From Dicyema japonicum (lineage: Eukaryota > Animalia > Dicyemida), in assembly GCA_011109175.1 (NCBI GenBank), contig RDEW01000038.1:273007-337006 (forward strand): a stretch of DNA of 64,000 bases. Direction: 5' to 3'. The notes below the pieces were generated by a model. That model was not told the origin of the DNA. It worked only from the letters and a program-made list of their open reading frames with translations, and ran no database searches. The position numbers and the translations under genes are program-made. Below are positions 60,480-64,000 of this stretch, one piece after another. Numbering within the stretch: the stretch's first letter is position 1; each line of letters starts with the position of its first letter.

Positions 60480-62130
60480 TTATTAATAGCAATGTCAGCG
60501 AAACCATAAAAGTTAACTAATTTAAGATTCCACTTTTGCCATGCATCTCTGGACACGCGCTGTAAGTCGTTTCCATCCTCCCCTGTTTCTCGCAATCACT
60601 CTCAGGAATTTGATAGAAGAAGCAAACACAGTAGTTATTGGGATCTCGATACAGACCTCTCTCGGAGCTATTATTATCTTCAACGTATATGTTCCCCTCA
60701 AATTTCCTGTGCAAAAGGGTTTTCTATGGATTTATCTGCCCTAGATATGATGGAAAACTTGTTGGTATTTTAATGCCAAGCACCCTTCGTGGTATGAAAA
60801 ACAACCTCCAGACACAAGAGGATTTCATATAATTTCCCAATTAGAAAATCTGTCCATTATGAACGACCCAAATAAGAATACACGAACCTCGTATAATAGC
60901 AAGGATTCGATTACATCACCGGATATTACGTTATGTTCATCACGGCTTGCTTAGCTTATATGCTGGTCGGTAAACTATGACTTACGAATTGTTTTTTCTT
61001 TACCAAATATTAAAATTTTAAAGATTTAAAATTATTTTCAATATCCTAATACTTTATATTTTATGGTAAAAAAGTAAAAAGATTAAAATTTATTAAGTGG
61101 TGCCATAACTTTTTTGGCCCACTGTAAATACATCAAAGAAGTTATAACAGATGGCCTTAACAAAAGACCAGAACAGAAAAAGACGATTGTATGCTCAATT
61201 GATTTCCAGAAGGTTTTTGACTTGGTTTCGAGGAAGATTATCACGCACAAAATATATTCGTCGAACTTTGACGTATAGATGAAATTATGGTTGGGAAATT
61301 TCTTAAGTGGTCGACGAGGACGGGTACACCATGGTAATCGATGTTCCGTATCGAGACTATTAGCAAATGGCGTACCCCAGGGCTCCCCATAATCTCCCCT
61401 ATTGTTAAACGTTATGATGGATGACTTGCCACTCCCTCAGGGGACGATGACTTATTATTAACGTATGCTGATGATATAGTGATTGCCTCGAGGGATGTGA
61501 GTATTGTGGAAGCAACGAGAAGAATACAGGACAATATTAATAAATTAGGTTTATGGCTTTGGGAAAATCAATTGACTGCTACCCCGGAGAAGTCGGTGTC
61601 GACCTTATTCACGACAAACAGAAAACTAATGAAAGTATCAATTGACGTCACACTGGATAAGAAGAATATCCCGCAAAACAAATACCAGAAAATTCTGGGA
61701 GTTACTTTTGACACCTTCCTAATCTTTGCAAAACACGTTTATAATATGCTACTGACTTGTACGAAATAAATCAACTTCCTGAAGGCGTTCTTGGGAAACC
61801 TAAGAGACAAAAAAGATCTAAGTTGACTGGATGTCATGTACATACAGTTCATCAAGGTTACAATAGGATACGCATGTAATGTCTTGTGATTTAACCTTGC
61901 TGCAATAAGTTTGGATGAAATCTGCAAAATTCAAGTGAAGGCATCAAACCTACTAAGGATATATTCCCATGTGGAAATCCTGCCCAGAAACCTAGAAAAT
62001 ATGATAGAGGCGACTGGAACAGTGCTCTGCGAAGGACTCGAGTATGCGGACCCCATCCATATCGGAAATGCGCAGGAACGCAATCGGAACACCGAGAAAA
62101 GATGCAGAGAATGTTGAGGGAGGCTGGGAT
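60480..62130 (+). mobile_element. Decayed Vingi-like LINE (APE + RT), interrupted by a Tc1-type end
   Basis: IFNVYVP, SPDITLCS, IDFQKVFD, GVPQGSP, YADD and KILGVTFD. Confidence 0.78.
60990..61124. mobile_element. Tc1-like terminal fragment
   Basis: Terminus CAGTGGGCCAAAAAAGTTATGGCACCACT (minus strand) flanked by TA. Confidence 0.55.
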
Positions 62131-62134
62131 CACC

Positions 62135-62560
62135 TGAATTTTGTTTATTGGATTTGAATGGTGGTTTTCTGGTTCAAAAAATTGCAGATTTATCAGGCTC
62201 TTTGGCAGGAGAGTTTTTGACATCAGACGTAGTGATAGCAATCAGTATTCCCTGAGGAGTTTGAACGTTTTTCAATTTGCATAAACGGGAGCATTTGTTT
62301 ATATTGATGTGACTCACTTTTGTGTAGCGGTCCATTATGATATTTGAGTAAAATCACGTGGTGTTTGATTCTTGTCAATACTGGTTGCGTGGACTGTCTC
62401 CATTCTATTTTGTTTCGACTTACTTCCACATAAAGTATTATAAAATCCTCTAGTTTTGTTCGGTGGTTAATTTTGGTTGTTCCATCGGTCCAATTTCCTC
62501 TTGTTGAATAACTCTAATTTCACTATTAAGGCTGGATAGTTTGGCCTCATAATTTCTTAA
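62135..62560 (-). mobile_element. Vingi-like LINE fragment homologous to 14540-14840
   Basis: Clear nucleotide similarity, e.g. tagttttgttcggtggttaatttt and tgtcaatactgg..gcgtgga. Confidence 0.7.
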
Positions 62561-63639
62561 TACGAAAAATCTCTCAGATGGAAATCTATTTGTGCATTAA
62601 AATCTGGTTTGGTAATTTCTTTTCCGATCGACGTGGAATACTCAAAATCAAAACTTATTTAGTTCTTTTCATTTCCTTTGAAATCTACTGTCACTCTTTT
62701 CACATCCGGCCGTTGTCAGCTAAATTCCCTTCAAATTATTCCATTCTTGTTGAAACATTTCACGTCATAAAACATCTCAAAAATATTTTGAATTAAATTT
62801 TACCAACAACTAACCTTCTCGAAACACGTGGATGAACAAAATACATAGGTTTCTCACAAAATCAATATTCTAAAAGTTGTATCAGATCATTTTTCAGTTA
62901 AGAATGCCTTCATATATAAACAATTAATTCGAATCTTAACTTCGTAAGCTCATGTTGGTTTTCTTTACTCAATTGATAAACTATATAAAATCAATAAATT
63001 CGCCATCAGAAAGATAACTGGATGTCCTAATCAACCTCCTATTAATCATCTCAACTACGAAACAAAAATCCTTCCAAACAAAGATCATTTGGGAATGAAA
63101 ACTATAAAAATCCACCCCCAAACCTATAAACCAGAAGATCGTTGTTATCCTTTATAGAAAATCCCTAAAAACTATTATGACAACTTGTGCCCTGTATTAA
63201 TTGTCATCTATATTCATATTCAGTCTCTCATATACAGAGGTCGTTTAAAAAAAGAAACACGATTTTGTTTCCAAGTGAGAACTCCGAATACTAGATACTA
63301 GCAAAATAATACACCGATCCCCTCATTCGATGGAATCAGGTTCCTCTTTACAGATGACATCTTTCTTCTAAACCGAAAATATTGAAAAGGAAAGAAGTGT
63401 TGAATGCAACAAATATTCAAATTTAGATTCCATCCAAATAGTCTTTATTCGATTAACTGCCATAGCAACTCTGTTAAATCATCTTAATAATTAAATTTAG
63501 CATCAAATCTACTCAAATGAGCTTTAAATTGGATTTCAAATTAAAAACTCATCAAAATATAAAAAAATTAAACCTAATGGTGTTTTTAGATAATTGGTTG
63601 GAAGGCTGAGCTTATGACGTATTTCTAATGTACTTTATG

Positions 63640-63830
63640 TCATGACTGATGTAATACAAATAATACAGTTATTATTAAGCGATCTCGATCTGTTACGGTA
63701 ATGAACCTGAAAAACTAACAACAAACGCATCTTTCTCCACTCGCCACTGTTATAAGCAAGCTCCCGTAGTCCATCCAGATCTTCTCCTTCTCTGAGTTGT
63801 CTCCCAATCTTTTTTTGAATATCCAAAGTT
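63640..63830 (-). mobile_element. RTE-like 3' remnant
   Basis: EDLDGLRELAYNSGEWRK resembles DDLDTLRELARSRGSWKR of 42342-42659. Confidence 0.6.
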
Positions 63831-64000
63831 GAATTCGAATCAAGTACGGTAGAAAATATGGAAGAATTATACCTTAAAAAATTTAAATGACAAAATTAAG
63901 AGACTTCAGTAATATAAAACTAACTATTTAAGAGCAATATTTTGGAAAAGTCAAGGTCTGAACAGTTTGCTATGGAGGGGGATTATATTGGGGGTGGAAT

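Noticed and set aside
62570-63560. Possible minus-strand micro-intron gene
   Set aside because: No consistent spliced frame or recognisable domain.

Overview
AT-rich animal genomic DNA; the POU-specific domain and vertebrate-like exon structures point to a metazoan. Almost all spliceosomal introns are 21-27 nt, a pattern known from dicyemid mesozoans, but the organism is an inference. Small host-gene islands sit in a dense field of decayed transposons. The ORF track misses most host genes because micro-introns break them. Spliced by hand they are: an SLC6 transporter (9096-10952 +), INTS7 (16150-19038 +), a possible MARVEL-like 4-TM gene, RPL18 (24935-25672 -), meiotic HOP2/PSMC3IP (33699-34514 -), a small gene with a POU-specific domain and no homeodomain (43852-44236 -), and a shelterin Rap1/TERF2IP homologue (47766-48788 -) with one in-frame TAG. 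The most notable system is an Ingi/Vingi-like single-ORF non-LTR retrotransposon family, present as three divergent near-full-length copies. Each copy begins with an HDV-like ribozyme fold whose P1 and P2 stems covary between copies, followed by a viral-type 2A (StopGo) peptide, APE endonuclease, RT and a GGTTA-microsatellite 3' end. Also present are a structured tRNA-headed SINE family, RTE, Jockey/I-like, CRE and R4-like LINEs, Tc1, hAT and Ginger2-like DNA transposons, and a four-layer nested insertion at 52.4-59.5 kb. All homology calls come from motif recognition by eye, not database searches.
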